DNA of 63,658 nucleotides, counting the filler, from Choristocarpus tenellus KU-1152 (Eukaryota > Protista > Phaeophyceae), in the NCBI GenBank assembly GCA_964200185.2. It is 11 parts of 11 records of this genome, joined end to end, with 100 filler letters (N's around TTAATTAATTAA, not from the genome) between each part and the next. Parts side by side here need not be neighbours in the genome. Positions count along the whole stretch, not along the records: positions 20,974 to 24,654 come from CAXNAD020018550.1; positions 24,755 to 28,789 come from CAXNAD020016557.1; positions 28,890 to 46,911 come from CAXNAD020000589.1; 8 more parts are not named here. One strand, given 5' to 3'. Of the stretch, positions 23,271 to 34,400 are shown in pieces (position 1 is the first letter of the stretch; each line of letters opens with the position of its first letter). Position numbers and translations under genes: made by a program. The notes beneath the pieces are model-generated. The model saw only the letters and a program-made list of their open reading frames with translations. It did not search any database and was not told where the DNA came from.

Positions 23271-24847
23271 AGTGTTGTAAACAAATCCAGAAGAGTGTTG
23301 TTGTCAACTCATCCGTATATGTAACAACCTCCCACACCCTTTTGCCATCTCCATTCTGCTTTGTTCGCTGCTCCCGAAGACTGGAAATAAGTGACTTGTC
23401 CGGCCCTCCTTCTGCCTCTTTCTCGACATGCTCAGCCCGAGTATTCAGTGTCTATCCTTTCTCCTTGTGTCACACACCACCTTCTTAGCTAGGGTACCTA
23501 TGGGTCAGAAACAAAGCACATCTTGTGTCCCCTTAGCCACCTGCACCTAAGTTGTGTCTGATCGACCTGCTAGATATTCCTGTACCTGAAAGCGACTATT
23601 GTAACACAGGATATTGAAAGAAAGCAGCAAGAGCACCAATGGACAACAAGAGCAAGTATACGAATAATGTGGAACCTACTATACAAAAAATCGAGACTGA
23701 CGGACATACAACATTAATGCTGCCAGCACCCTGATGCATAATCTTGAGGTCTTCCCCTCAATAGAGGGAGGCTCTGAAGTCATAGTCTGGGTCACAGATC
23801 ATTGGTACAACCTGGAAGATACAGTAAGGCAACCCACGCTCTTACATAGCCTCAAGGTCATCGAGAGATACCCCGAAGTAATATTCTCGAGTCAGGTCAT
23901 TGATGTGAACCAGTGGAGACAGGTCAACCTGCACTCTCTTACACAGCCTCGAGGTTGTACGGAGAGACCCTGAAGCCAAGTCCACTGACTGTAAACTACC
24001 ATGTGGGATTTGCAACGTCCACATGGATGATCAGAAAAGACTACTATCACTGTATCACATGTATGTTGAGTAGAGCTCAAAACTGAAATGTATGGTAACA
24101 CCTATTTGACTCTACATTTCCTAATCTACTCCACTGGTGGTAGTGTCTATAGTGTATCAGCAGAACTATCCACGAAAAACAGAAAGGACTGCCATGAAGG
24201 GCATGGGCAATTCATGATCTTACAATGAATAACAAATAAATGGTCAAGAAGTACAAAAAATACAATCTAGGACTTCAAGGTCATAATGGCGTTTATGAAA
24301 CCACCATTAAGACCTATTGCATGTGACACTTGTCTCCCCACACCTTTCACTGCAAACTGTGTTGCCCCCCCTATCTGTTACAGGCGCCCCTCGATGTTCA
24401 CCTCCACAGGATGTATAGCTCCAATCCATGGTCTTATAGATGATACTGATGTAGGTATAGGACTCCTGATGCACAAGTCGTCAAGTATGCTGGATCTCTC
24501 ACTTGGATTATCGTAAAAATCATGGTATAAAAAGGGATTGATCAACCATGTCGATCACAATCGGAGACCGTAATGACCAAATAATAAATAAATAATCAAG
24601 AAGTACAAATATATCAAATCTAGAACTTCAATGTCATAATGGTGTTTATGAAACNNNNNNNNNNNNNNNNNNNNNNNNNNNNNNNNNNNNNNNNNNNNTT
24701 AATTAATTAANNNNNNNNNNNNNNNNNNNNNNNNNNNNNNNNNNNNNNNNNNNNACCAAAAAATCGAGACATGAAAAAATTGACCCCAAATGGACAGCCG
24801 CCACCCCCTCCCAGATACTTTGACCCATCTCCTGCCCTCCCTTCCAG

Positions 24848-27800
24848 GCAAAGGCACTGGAAGAGAAGGAGCTGCGCGAAACTGAGGCAACGGAGGCAGC
24901 CAGAGCACGCCAGAAGGCGGCAAGGGAGAGACTTGAGGCAGAGGATCTGAAGAGGAGAACAGAGCTGGAGAACAAAGCTGCTAAGGTGGAGCAGGTTGCT
25001 TATGCAGCTGAGGTTAGTGTCAGCTGGTGCTCGTGTGAATGACACGGATAGTGAAGGTCCCAGGAAGGTAGGATTGGGTTTCAGGGGGATAAGCACGCAG
25101 TGGTACTTGTATTTGGGAACTCAGTGACAGCAACGGTGATCAAGGTGGTGAGAAGGACCGAAAGGGCATGCAGGAGGAAAAGGGGTTCAGGACCGTAAGA
25201 CTGGAGGAGAAAAAGAAAATTGCATATGCTAGGGTCGGATGTTGCTCCCTATCACAGTTGACTCTACTTTCCTTTGGTTGCAAGGGCTGATTGATATAAG
25301 CAACCAGAAACACCAAATGAGCCGGCCCGAGGCGGATGAGCGAATAACTGCTGAGCACTATCATAGCAATCGTCAGTTTGGTGAAGTAGGTAGAAAACAG
25401 TAGTAATTTTACCATGTTGTTCGCTGTACGTTGATAAAGGTGCCACAAGTAAGGTATCGTATGATATGACCCAGAAAAATATGTGACTGAGGCCAGACCT
25501 CTAAGTCTGCCAATAACCCCACACCAGGTGGTGAGTAATTCAGTGCTGTTCAAATACCCTGTTGTCCCGCCACTGGCGAGCTTCTGAGCACACTTCAACG
25601 GATCTGTAGCTAGGAGGGTGCAACTCACTGGAGTGATAGAATGAGATACAGTGTACTCGATGGGGGGCCTTGGCGGGGTGCCATAGCCAAGGTGCTGGAG
25701 ATGACATCTGTGAATTAGGTCAACTAGTTTGTGCTACCATGTGCTCTTTTTTGGGAGCCAGGGGTGAATGGGACTCAGCACTGCAGAAGAAAGAGAGCCT
25801 CCTCTGTGTTAGTGACGAGAAATTTATTAAGTCTGAAGAGGATAAAGTTAAAATATCTTCGTGACCTGTAAGGCATTTGGCATCCTGCTAAGGAGTACTG
25901 ACATACTGCAGTATGGCCGGTGGTCCATCATTGGCCTCAGTCGCTTGGAAGCAACTGAAGGGGAAATTACTAGTCTGCTCTGATGTGGACGTGAAAAAAT
26001 AGCAAAGAAAGGTGTTTCTTATTTTATTTATCGAAATACCGAGGGAGACAGATCCCCAGGTAACCTTCACCACCATGACTGACTGGGCTGGTCAGTCCGC
26101 AGTGATTGGGTACAATATGTCCAACAACATCCTTCAAAGTGCAAGGCTGCATTGCCTGAGGGAGGAAAATACTCTTATGTTAAGCAGTACCTTTGACAGC
26201 TCGGAAAGGAGAAAAGAACATAGGAAACCATAGAAGAGGCTCGGTGGTCCAGGTGCCTAACCCTTGAAAATGAACCCCGGGAACATGGTGAGCCAGATGA
26301 TGCTCTAGCCAGGAAAGGAATGAATCAACCTTGAAATCAACCACGTCAACAAGGCAGCTGCAACGCTAGAAAATGGAGTGAAAAAATGTGGCAGGTATGA
26401 CTTGCAGAGCAGCACAAATATAAAGGTTGCACATTCACTGGAAAGTGCTACAACTGTGGCAAGAAGGGTCGCCTGAAGTCAATGCATCGTCAGTCCATCG
26501 TGTGTGTTGGTGCATCAGGCCAGAGGGGAAAGTTTTTGAGTTAGGAAATGCTTGTGAAGGTTTTGAACTTCCACATGGGGTTTCTATTTCAATGTGTCGG
26601 GGAACTGTACACTTGAGGGAAAATTTTACTTTGTGTGTGAATTATCTTATGGGTTATGGCTCTTCCCCAAGCAGGGAGAGGGTGTCAGAGCAGGTGCTAA
26701 TGGTGTTTTTTTTGGGACTGACACTACCATAAACGTTACTCAAAGTAATCCGAGGAGGACAAGCAAATGCTTGCCTAAGAGTGTGATGTGGCGGTTAGAG
26801 AGGGATTGAAGTATGGTTGGTCTTGGGCATTTGATTTTCTTCGGTTACGCTTGCTGCTTTACAGCAAGCGGAGGATGTCACAGCGAACTGTATTCTGCTT
26901 ATGTCGCAAGCACTGATGCAAGCACGAACAGCAAAGAGAGCAATGTGAGGAGGATGGGCAAATGTCCGAATACACTAAGTAGCACACATCGGTTTGATGT
27001 AGTTGGTACAAAGTGGGGTCCATTGTGCCAAATCTTGTACGGAACGTTGAGTTGGGTGCCGTAAGCAAGCCATCATATTGCTCTAAGAGTAGTGTGATTG
27101 GGGACAGTTCTCAAAGTGTCCTCGAGAACTCCACATCAAAGTTTATAGCACTTCGATGTGTGTAAGTAACTGTTGAGATGCCCTATTGACCTACCAGGAA
27201 TGAGCTTCTGAGCACTACTTGGTGTGATTCATGCGTCCCCATTCAGTCTGTCACATGCGTCAATGGGGAATGAGACCACTTCCACCGAGTTGAAGTGGTC
27301 TGAAAAAAAAGAAGAAAAGACTCTGGCATAAAATGGAGAGCAACTCTAAAGTACTTGCTACTAAAAAAGCACCACCTATATTGTTCATATCAAAATAGTG
27401 AGGTCTGGTGGTGCATGAGGGATGAGAGTGTTGATCAGTGAACATATCTCCATGGTCCTTTTCCCTGTGCTTCATACTTTTATTTTTTCTTCACACATGG
27501 TACAAGTCAATGCTGGTTGTGTTATACACTCCGCTATCTGTTCACTCACCCGAAGTGCCTAGGATGAAGCAGTCATACCGGGTTAGTTAGAACGGCAACG
27601 TAGTTGATACCACTCGTATTGAGAATAATAATCTAAGATGGGGGTACAGAACAAAATCAACATGTGAGCAGAACTTTCCACCAATAAGATGTCCACTATG
27701 TCACGCTAACTCAGAGTACGATTAGTTTGTCCTGCAACCTCCATGCCCCCTCAGCCTCAATACATCTCATACAAAGCCTCTCATGTTGTCTAGGCAGATA

Positions 27801-28441
27801 TTCGAAGCGGCATTAGCCTATTGCTTGAAAGAGAGGTGTACGACACGAACATTCCAATGTATCTCTGCGCTCTACTCTCTGCCAATCTACAGAGCCCGTC
27901 ATCATCCTCCAAGGGCGTTCGTTGATTTCCGCTGATGTGTTTATCAGCCTGATGTTTGGGGTGAAAGGTTAACATTTCAATTCTATTTCTCAGTCCATAA
28001 AAAAAAGGGGTATTTTAGCCGAGCCAAAGTATCTTAGGGTTAGGGTAGAGCCGCGTCCATTCGGGGACCAAATCTGATGTTGCAATTTCGATGTAATTTT
28101 GACTATCATGTTTGTTAGGAGATGTCAATATCCTTTTCTGGACACTCCTTTTCGTAAGGTATACATTTTACCTACTCCGAAACATTTTGGAGAAGGTAAA
28201 ATGTCAATGAAAACCCATGGGAAGCCAAGCCCCACATGAACAAACAGGACAAAATTTGTACCCTCTAAGATACTTTTGACTCAGCCCTAACCTTCTACCG
28301 GTCCCAACCTGTACCGGTCCCAACCTGATTCTGACAGGCTCGAAAGAATCAAGAAGCTAGGCAGAGGCAACTAGAAGCACAAGCTCGCCAGGAGAAATTA
28401 CGGCAAGCTGTGGACAGGAGGAAACAATCTGAAGAGCAGAG
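24848..28441 (+). CDS. Two exons of an E/R/K/A-rich coiled-coil protein (24848-25012, 28338-28441)
   Basis: cag|GCAAAGGCA...GCTGAG|gttagt joins in phase 0 to cag|GCTCGAAAG...CAGAG|gtgtga. Peptides AKALEEKELRETEATEAARARQKAARERLEAED... and ARKNQEARQRQLEAQARQEKLRQ... Confidence 0.7.
25300..27200 (+). pseudogene. Highly degenerate retroelement remnant in an intron, possibly Penelope-like RT
   Basis: Weak ordered motifs VDKG..(D)PEKYVTEA (~25430-25495), GRWSII..ATE (~25917-25960) and FFLGLTL (~26710); many stops. Confidence 0.25.
28021..28282 (+). mobile_element. MITE family A with AGCC TSD
   Basis: agcc|GAGCCAAAGTATCTTAGGGTTAGGG...AAGATACTTTTGACTC|agcc. Confidence 0.92.
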
Positions 28442-28899
28442 GTGTGAGAGAGGTCCTATCCTCTGATACACTCCGTACATTTGGTGATGAAAACAGTAGC
28501 ACCAAATCTTTCTCTACCTACACCTGAATGCATCACTTGCAAAAATTTTGGAATATCGGAAGCCTCTGTCACAAGGCAAGCGAGCTACTATGACATACCG
28601 TCTGGGATGTTGGCAGCTCTGGGATCTACTCGGAGTATTTTGTTATAACTCAGGGATCTTAGTGCAGCAGTTCATATTTCCATAGGTGGTTTTTCATTTT
28701 CCCATCTCCACTAGTGAGTGAGGCTCAAAGTATCTGGGAGGGGGTGGCGGCTGTCCATTTGGGGTCAATTTTTATATGTTGCGATTTTGNNNNNNNNNNN
28801 NNNNNNNNNNNNNNNNNNNNNNNNNNNNNNNNNTTAATTAATTAANNNNNNNNNNNNNNNNNNNNNNNNNNNNNNNNNNNNNNNNNNNNCCTCCACAGT

Positions 28900-29236
28900 C
28901 ATGACAGCCCACCATCTCAAATTTTGCACACCTCCCAGTGTCATGGCATCTTTTACCGCTTTCTCGTTAAAGTACTATACCAGTTGCACACTCCAAATAG
29001 AGATCTATGCAGTAGTGGTGGGTCGTGATATGGTGGCCTTCCTCCTCCAGCAAGTGACCCAACTTAACCATAGATGACTCGCTGTCTGCCTTGAAGGCAG
29101 ATTTTGTGTCTTCATCTGACCTTCCACCTTCCTTGCCATCATCCTCCTCACATGGAAGAGCGTGTCCTGCAGATGGGTCAATGTCATACTTGTATAGGTG
29201 CACCACCCTCACCGTCTTCGGGGTAGTTGGGCACAC
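28900..29236 (-). pseudogene. Possible piggyBac-type transposase remnant
   Basis: HLYKYDI...SMVKLGHLLEEEGHHITTHHYCIDLYLECATGIVL resembles the piggyBac pattern GYxYxF..V.xL...GHH..DNY.TS..L..ATGTVR. The catalytic Asp is not preserved. Confidence 0.3.
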
Positions 29237-30074
29237 TGTGGCTTATTTTCAGTCCTAGATTTGTTTATGGCGCTTGTTGTGTGGTTGTTTGTAGGCTTGT
29301 GTTTGTTCTCTCTCTAAATATATCAGGGAAGAAATAAAAAGCTGAACAGTCGGTCTCCCAGGGTTTTCGGTTTCGATCAAAGCTTAGATTCACAACACAA
29401 CTCACTACTTTTTTTTGTCCCATGCAAGTATGGACCGGTTGAGTGATTGGAAAGTTGGACTCCATCCGTGTCGAATCAACTCCCAAGCAAAGGTTGTCCG
29501 ATGAGAGAGTCGAAAGCAATCACTAAAATGCTTCTTAGGGGTTGTTGGCATTATCAAGGCAGATCCTTGGCTTTTCGCTTGAACAGAGTACGTTGGTGCC
29601 TCTTACAATCATTACTGTAGATGCTAGGATATAGAATGATGAATAACAGAACCTGGTTATTGGTTTTCGACACAGTCCTATGGGGGTTGGGTAGTGCGGA
29701 AACACCTGAGTTTGAGGGGATAGTAGAAGCATTGATTCATTGGTCAGTAATTAACTGTTCTCCTGAGGAAGTAAAAAACTGCTGGTCTAATCTACTCTAC
29801 GAACTTTTATCATTTCCTCCTGCTGAGATACAGCCTTCCTATCGTACCCTGTGGTATTTAGTATGTAGTTGACCATGGAAAACACACAATGTTGTTCTCA
29901 TCTACTTCTGCAATTGCTTGCCTCAAGATTAAGAGGACCTTCCTCATCCCCTTTCCCCTCCCTGTCTCTTGCCTTTTGCCTCTTCCCGTTGACTACTTGT
30001 TTTGTGAATCATTCCATGAATACTGTGCTTTCTGTGGTTCTACATATCACTCTCACAACTCTCGACAATACAAG

Positions 30075-30590
30075 GTGGTCATGACCAAAGGTGTACCTGT
30101 GGAGGGGTACCATATCCATGCTGCAACCTCGTACCACTACATGCTCTGGGAGCGAGGGCAAGCCTCTGGCAAGCCCTGGCCAGGCTTTCATCGAACTAGG
30201 AGGAGCATCCCCAGTTACAGTGACGATGATGTTGCCCATCGCCAACAAGGTCAGGAGATACGGATCCTGAATGTTGATGGGGAGGATGGAGGAGACCCTC
30301 CACCAACAGAAGAGAGAGGGGGAGGGGGGGGGGCAGGAGTGGGGCGTGATGGGAAGGCACCTGGCCCACTGATTGGTATGATAACCTCTGGAGGTTTCTC
30401 TTTCACTGTTGGACGCGGAGTGGGGTTGGCAGTCTGTGAGGCACATGCCTTGCGAAATGCATCTGCTGCGTCTGCTGTTGCATGTTGCTGCAAACCCCAC
30501 TGTTGGGCGAGAGGGAAAGCCCTGGCTTTGTTGCGTGACCCCCATGGAGACTGGTGGTACCCTGGGATGGTGTTTATCACCCCTTACTAA
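30075..30590 (+). CDS. POP1: Last exon of RNase P/MRP protein subunit POP1 (C-terminal domain)
   Basis: aag|GTG acceptor. VVMTKGVP..HIHA ... LIGMITSGGFSFTVGRGVGLAVC ... ALLRDPHGDWWYP..stop matches the POP1 C-terminal pattern KGxP / GxVTxGxFS..G.G.ALG / VLLRxP..Y. Confidence 0.65.
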   Translation: MVMTKGVPVEGYHIHAATSYHYMLWERGQASGKPWPGFHRTRRSIPSYSDDDVAHRQQGQEIRILNVDGEDGGDPPPTEERGGGGGAGVGRDGKAPGPLIGMITSGGFSFTVGRGVGLAVCEAHALRNASAASAVACCCKPHCWARGKALALLRDPHGDWWYPGMVFITPY

Positions 30591-31089
30591 CTATTGACTT
30601 TTTAGAAAAAGATGCATACTGTGCATAATATGTATCCATCCTTGGAATGCTTTTTCAGTGTATTTTGAAGATGCACTGATTTATTTTGCTGGGGTGCGCC
30701 TCCTGGTCTCCTTGGTTATGAAATTTCTTGTCAACATAGGATCCCAGCACAACGGTAAACTCATGACTAAACCCAAAGTGGAGTGGTTTTTCAACAGCAT
30801 GGTGTTGATTCCTCAGCAATGTATGCTGTGATTCACTAATTTTAGAGTGGATTGAGTGTGCTACTGTAGAGCAAGGTTAGACCGGGTTTATGGTTCAGAA
30901 GTTGTTGTGAATTATGCTCCTGCTTCTACTGTAGGATATCTATACTATCCAGGACAAGCTACCCCTCTGCCTCATTGACCCATTAATACCAACTGTTTTT
31001 GATATTCAGATTGTTATCATCTCCGCTTATCCTGAAATGGACAAACCTTTCCTGTGAGTTGTGGTGAACGCACAAGAAGATTTGCTTGG

Positions 31090-31400
31090 GTTGTACCAGG
31101 AGAAGATTTATCAAACTCCCTGAAGATATGCTAGAGGTAGTGAGTGGGGTAATGAACAGAATGCTGATGTGTGACGAGGATAGAGGAATCTGGTGAGTGG
31201 ACTTATGAATCAACTGAAACAACCTGTGAGTTGCTCGTAAACATTGTTGGGGTAAGCAAGAGATCAATAGTGAGGTGTCTCCAATCTTCCAGTATTTCAA
31301 GATCGCAGACATTGTATTGAATGCCCAAACACACAGTGCCAGGTCATGATGCCACTGCAGAGTAAAGGGGGCAAGGGGGAACCAAGTCAGAAGATTGAAA
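31090..31400 (+). pseudogene. Degenerate non-LTR retrotransposon RT fragment
   Basis: KLPEDMLEVVSGVMNRML and QYFKIADIVLNAQ..LQSKGG resemble the LINE RT motifs YKI...IL..R / QxGF. Confidence 0.3.
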
Positions 31401-34400
31401 CTTGTGGCCCTTGGTTGACGAAGGGCAAACAGGGCAATGATAATGTGGTATGCCATCTTCGGTGCACACAAAAATATGAGTCTGATGTCTCTGTGAGAGG
31501 GAACGCAGGTGCTTGGGGGTATTAAGGATGCAAAGGCATGAGCTGTTTCGGGTAAGTTTATTTTTGAAAATACTTCCTTGTTACTTTGTTAATGACTATG
31601 CACCTCGTAAATTTGGAAACCTGAAGTGATCTAATTTCTATGTGTTTCAAGAGGGTAGTAATCTGTAAGATATAGACGTTTGTTTTAGAACCTTCAATTG
31701 AATGATGCAGTGCACTGAAGTGCAGCAGATCAATGATGATGTGATACTACAGGTGAGGTGCTCTCTGAAGAGATTTGTTGTCTTAAATGAGGAAAAGGGT
31801 TGACCCAGAGCAATGAGGCACAAATTTATTCGGATTTGGTGAGCCAGGTGATGCTGACGCAATGAATTATCAGGTAAGGTGCTCTGAGAAGAGACTTGTT
31901 ATCTTGTGGAAGAAAGATCGTGGATCTTTAAACTCTTGAGTATACATACATATCATGCAGGTGTGTTATGGTGCACGCGGAAAGCAGAGTAAACTCAAGG
32001 GAGCATGTAGGATGTCTATTTTGTCCTCTCTGAATGTTCTCGGGAGACATGACCAAGTCTCACGTATGGGGCAACAGCTATAGAACAGGTGATCGTTGGC
32101 TTACTGAGCTTTTGTATCATGCACATAAATCACTCCACTAACCATGATGCGGGAACAACAAACTGCAGAAAGAAACAAAGGCCCCTCTCACTCCATTCAC
32201 AATACTTCCATCTCCTGGTATCCTGAGGAGAAAGAGAAGACCGATCTTCCAATACTGAGGAAACAGCCATGTCCATGGCAGTAGAGCACTTAACGCAGTC
32301 ACCTAAGAGATAGGGAAAGGGTATACACCAGCATTGATGACCCATATCACAACTTTGGTGTTGAAAGTTTCTCCTGCCACTCCTAAGTTCAACACAGGGA
32401 GATACATATTCCTTTCCACGAGACCCAAGTGCAGAACCGATTTAAGATTGGAGAGCCTCCTCCTAGCCCTAACAATGCCATTGTTCATGGTGGTGCGGGC
32501 ACTAAAATATGATAGATCCAATCCCAGCAATCTCACCCTTCATGATGGTTTGGGTGCTGCTCAATGCGTCGGACCTCTTCATATTTTTCCAAGGATGTGA
32601 CGAGGTTACCAGTATTTTTAAAAGGGTTTTGGTTTAGTAGGCAATACAGTATGACAAAGAAATCTCTGTTGATGTTATTTCTGGAATTAGTGGTACAGTT
32701 CCGGGTAAATGCACGGCATTTCCACTTCACCACCATCTGATTTGCTACTAGGTGGAACTCATGAATTTTCCCTATCAGCCGGAAAACTGGTCGGGGTATA
32801 TTCTTCTATTTAAAACACTGGAGGACACCGTGTGTGGAAACTATTCCGTAGTAGTCCTACTGACAACAACGTCGACCAGGCAAAGACGAAACTGTTGGAT
32901 ATCTTCCTCTTTGAGGTTGAATTCCTGCAGAGAAAGGTATAGGAAGAGGGATGTTCCTAGTTTGGCACAGGACAGAATGAGAAACGACAGGGAGCGATAA
33001 AAGAGGATGGAAGGAACAAGCACACGGAAAAGAAGAGATTTACGTAACAATATGGGAGAGGCCAATGTGACCTTGATCCCTCTTGTGGCTTGATAAGGAT
33101 GTAGGTCCTCAGGTGGTACCATCACCAACGTCTCACACACGCCGAAATGTTTGGCAGAGGGAAGTCTTGACCCCCGTGGACTAACATAGACCTTGGGCAA
33201 CCGTGTGTTGTTACCATTGAGGGCGGAAGAAAGGTGAGAAAAGTAGGTTTGGTAATGGGTATAATGGCTAACACCTTCGACTATATTTTGTCAGGGGGTA
33301 TCAAACGTGATGCCCAGAGAGAGGTGTGCCAACAGAAAGGAAAATAATGAGAAGCTGGCAAGGAACATTGTTCGCTGGTTTTGTCATTCGAATGAAGCAA
33401 TATATGAATGTAATATATGAATATACATGTATATGAGGCACTTGTTGGGGGATGTAGAGTTGTGTAAGGGAAGCCTTTAGAAAAGCGAGGAGATTACGAA
33501 GATCGCCCCCATGGGATGTACAGTGTAAAAACACCCATACCTAGGCACCTACCCAATAGTAAGGTGGATCTCGTTTGGGGTTCCCTATACAAATAACGTC
33601 TATAAAGCATGTGCATAAAAACTCTGAATACATTACCCTTTATTGTCATTTCATGTGGTGGGACTGACGATGCGTCCAAGTCAAGTGTTTCTTACCGTTG
33701 AGTTTGGATGGGTTTTGATTGACCAAGACAAAAAAAAAAAGAAGCAGGTTGTTTCGTCGAATAGATCGCTTGCTGAGAGACCAGATGATGTCGGCTGAAG
33801 GTTGTCATTGGGTATTGATTGCTCTTTTTTTGAGGTTTGAGAGAGACTGCCTAGTGTGTTGTGTTCAGCTCCTCCTAGTAGTGTAAGGCTGGAAATAACT
33901 CTGTGTTGAAACACTAGTAAATCCCTGAGCTACTGAGCAGATAGTGAGCTGACTCTGCGACGACTACTAATCATCTTTTGTTCCACCAGAACCTGCAGAG
34001 TGAGAACTTTCTCTTGGGCGGGTCTTGGGCGGTCTCTTCTGTCAGGCTTGAGTTCCTTCACACCATTCCTCCCCCCGAAAGTTGTTCCTCGACCGAATTT
34101 GTATTTTGCTTTGGTGGGCTTCATATTTGAAGCACTCTTATTAATGTAGTAGTAGCATTAATGTAGCAAGCTACACTTACGTGCATGTTATTTCACCCTG
34201 TTGCACATTGTTCGGTTGTCAAAAGATCGACATGAACTTGAAGAAAGGAACTCCTGGACAAAGAGATTGATTAACACAATCTATTGGTTTTTTATTTCTT
34301 GTGATAACCCTCTATCAGAGCTTAAAGTTCGTGACGCCCTGACAACAATCAGTTTTTCAGGATGAGATACCTCCACTTAATTGTATCCTTCTCACAACAA

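Noticed and set aside
23800-23870. Copia RT-like VGCL/LYLPGCT motif on the minus strand
   Set aside because: A single short frameshifted match with no supporting neighbouring motifs.
20680-24654. CRISPR-like array (21-bp repeat; family D repeats)
   Set aside because: No regular unique spacers, no cas genes, and the context is eukaryotic.
30075-30590. Glycine-cleavage T / aminomethyltransferase C-terminus
   Set aside because: It shares the GxxTSGxFS..G.G.LA motif, but the upstream KGxP motif, long low-complexity insert and LLRxP..Y tail fit POP1 better. An HMM search is needed to settle it.
32303-33200. Possible DIRS/Ngaro tyrosine-recombinase remnant (LLGLDLSYFSART…)
   Set aside because: The catalytic HSxRxGG motif is absent and the similarity is too weak to support.
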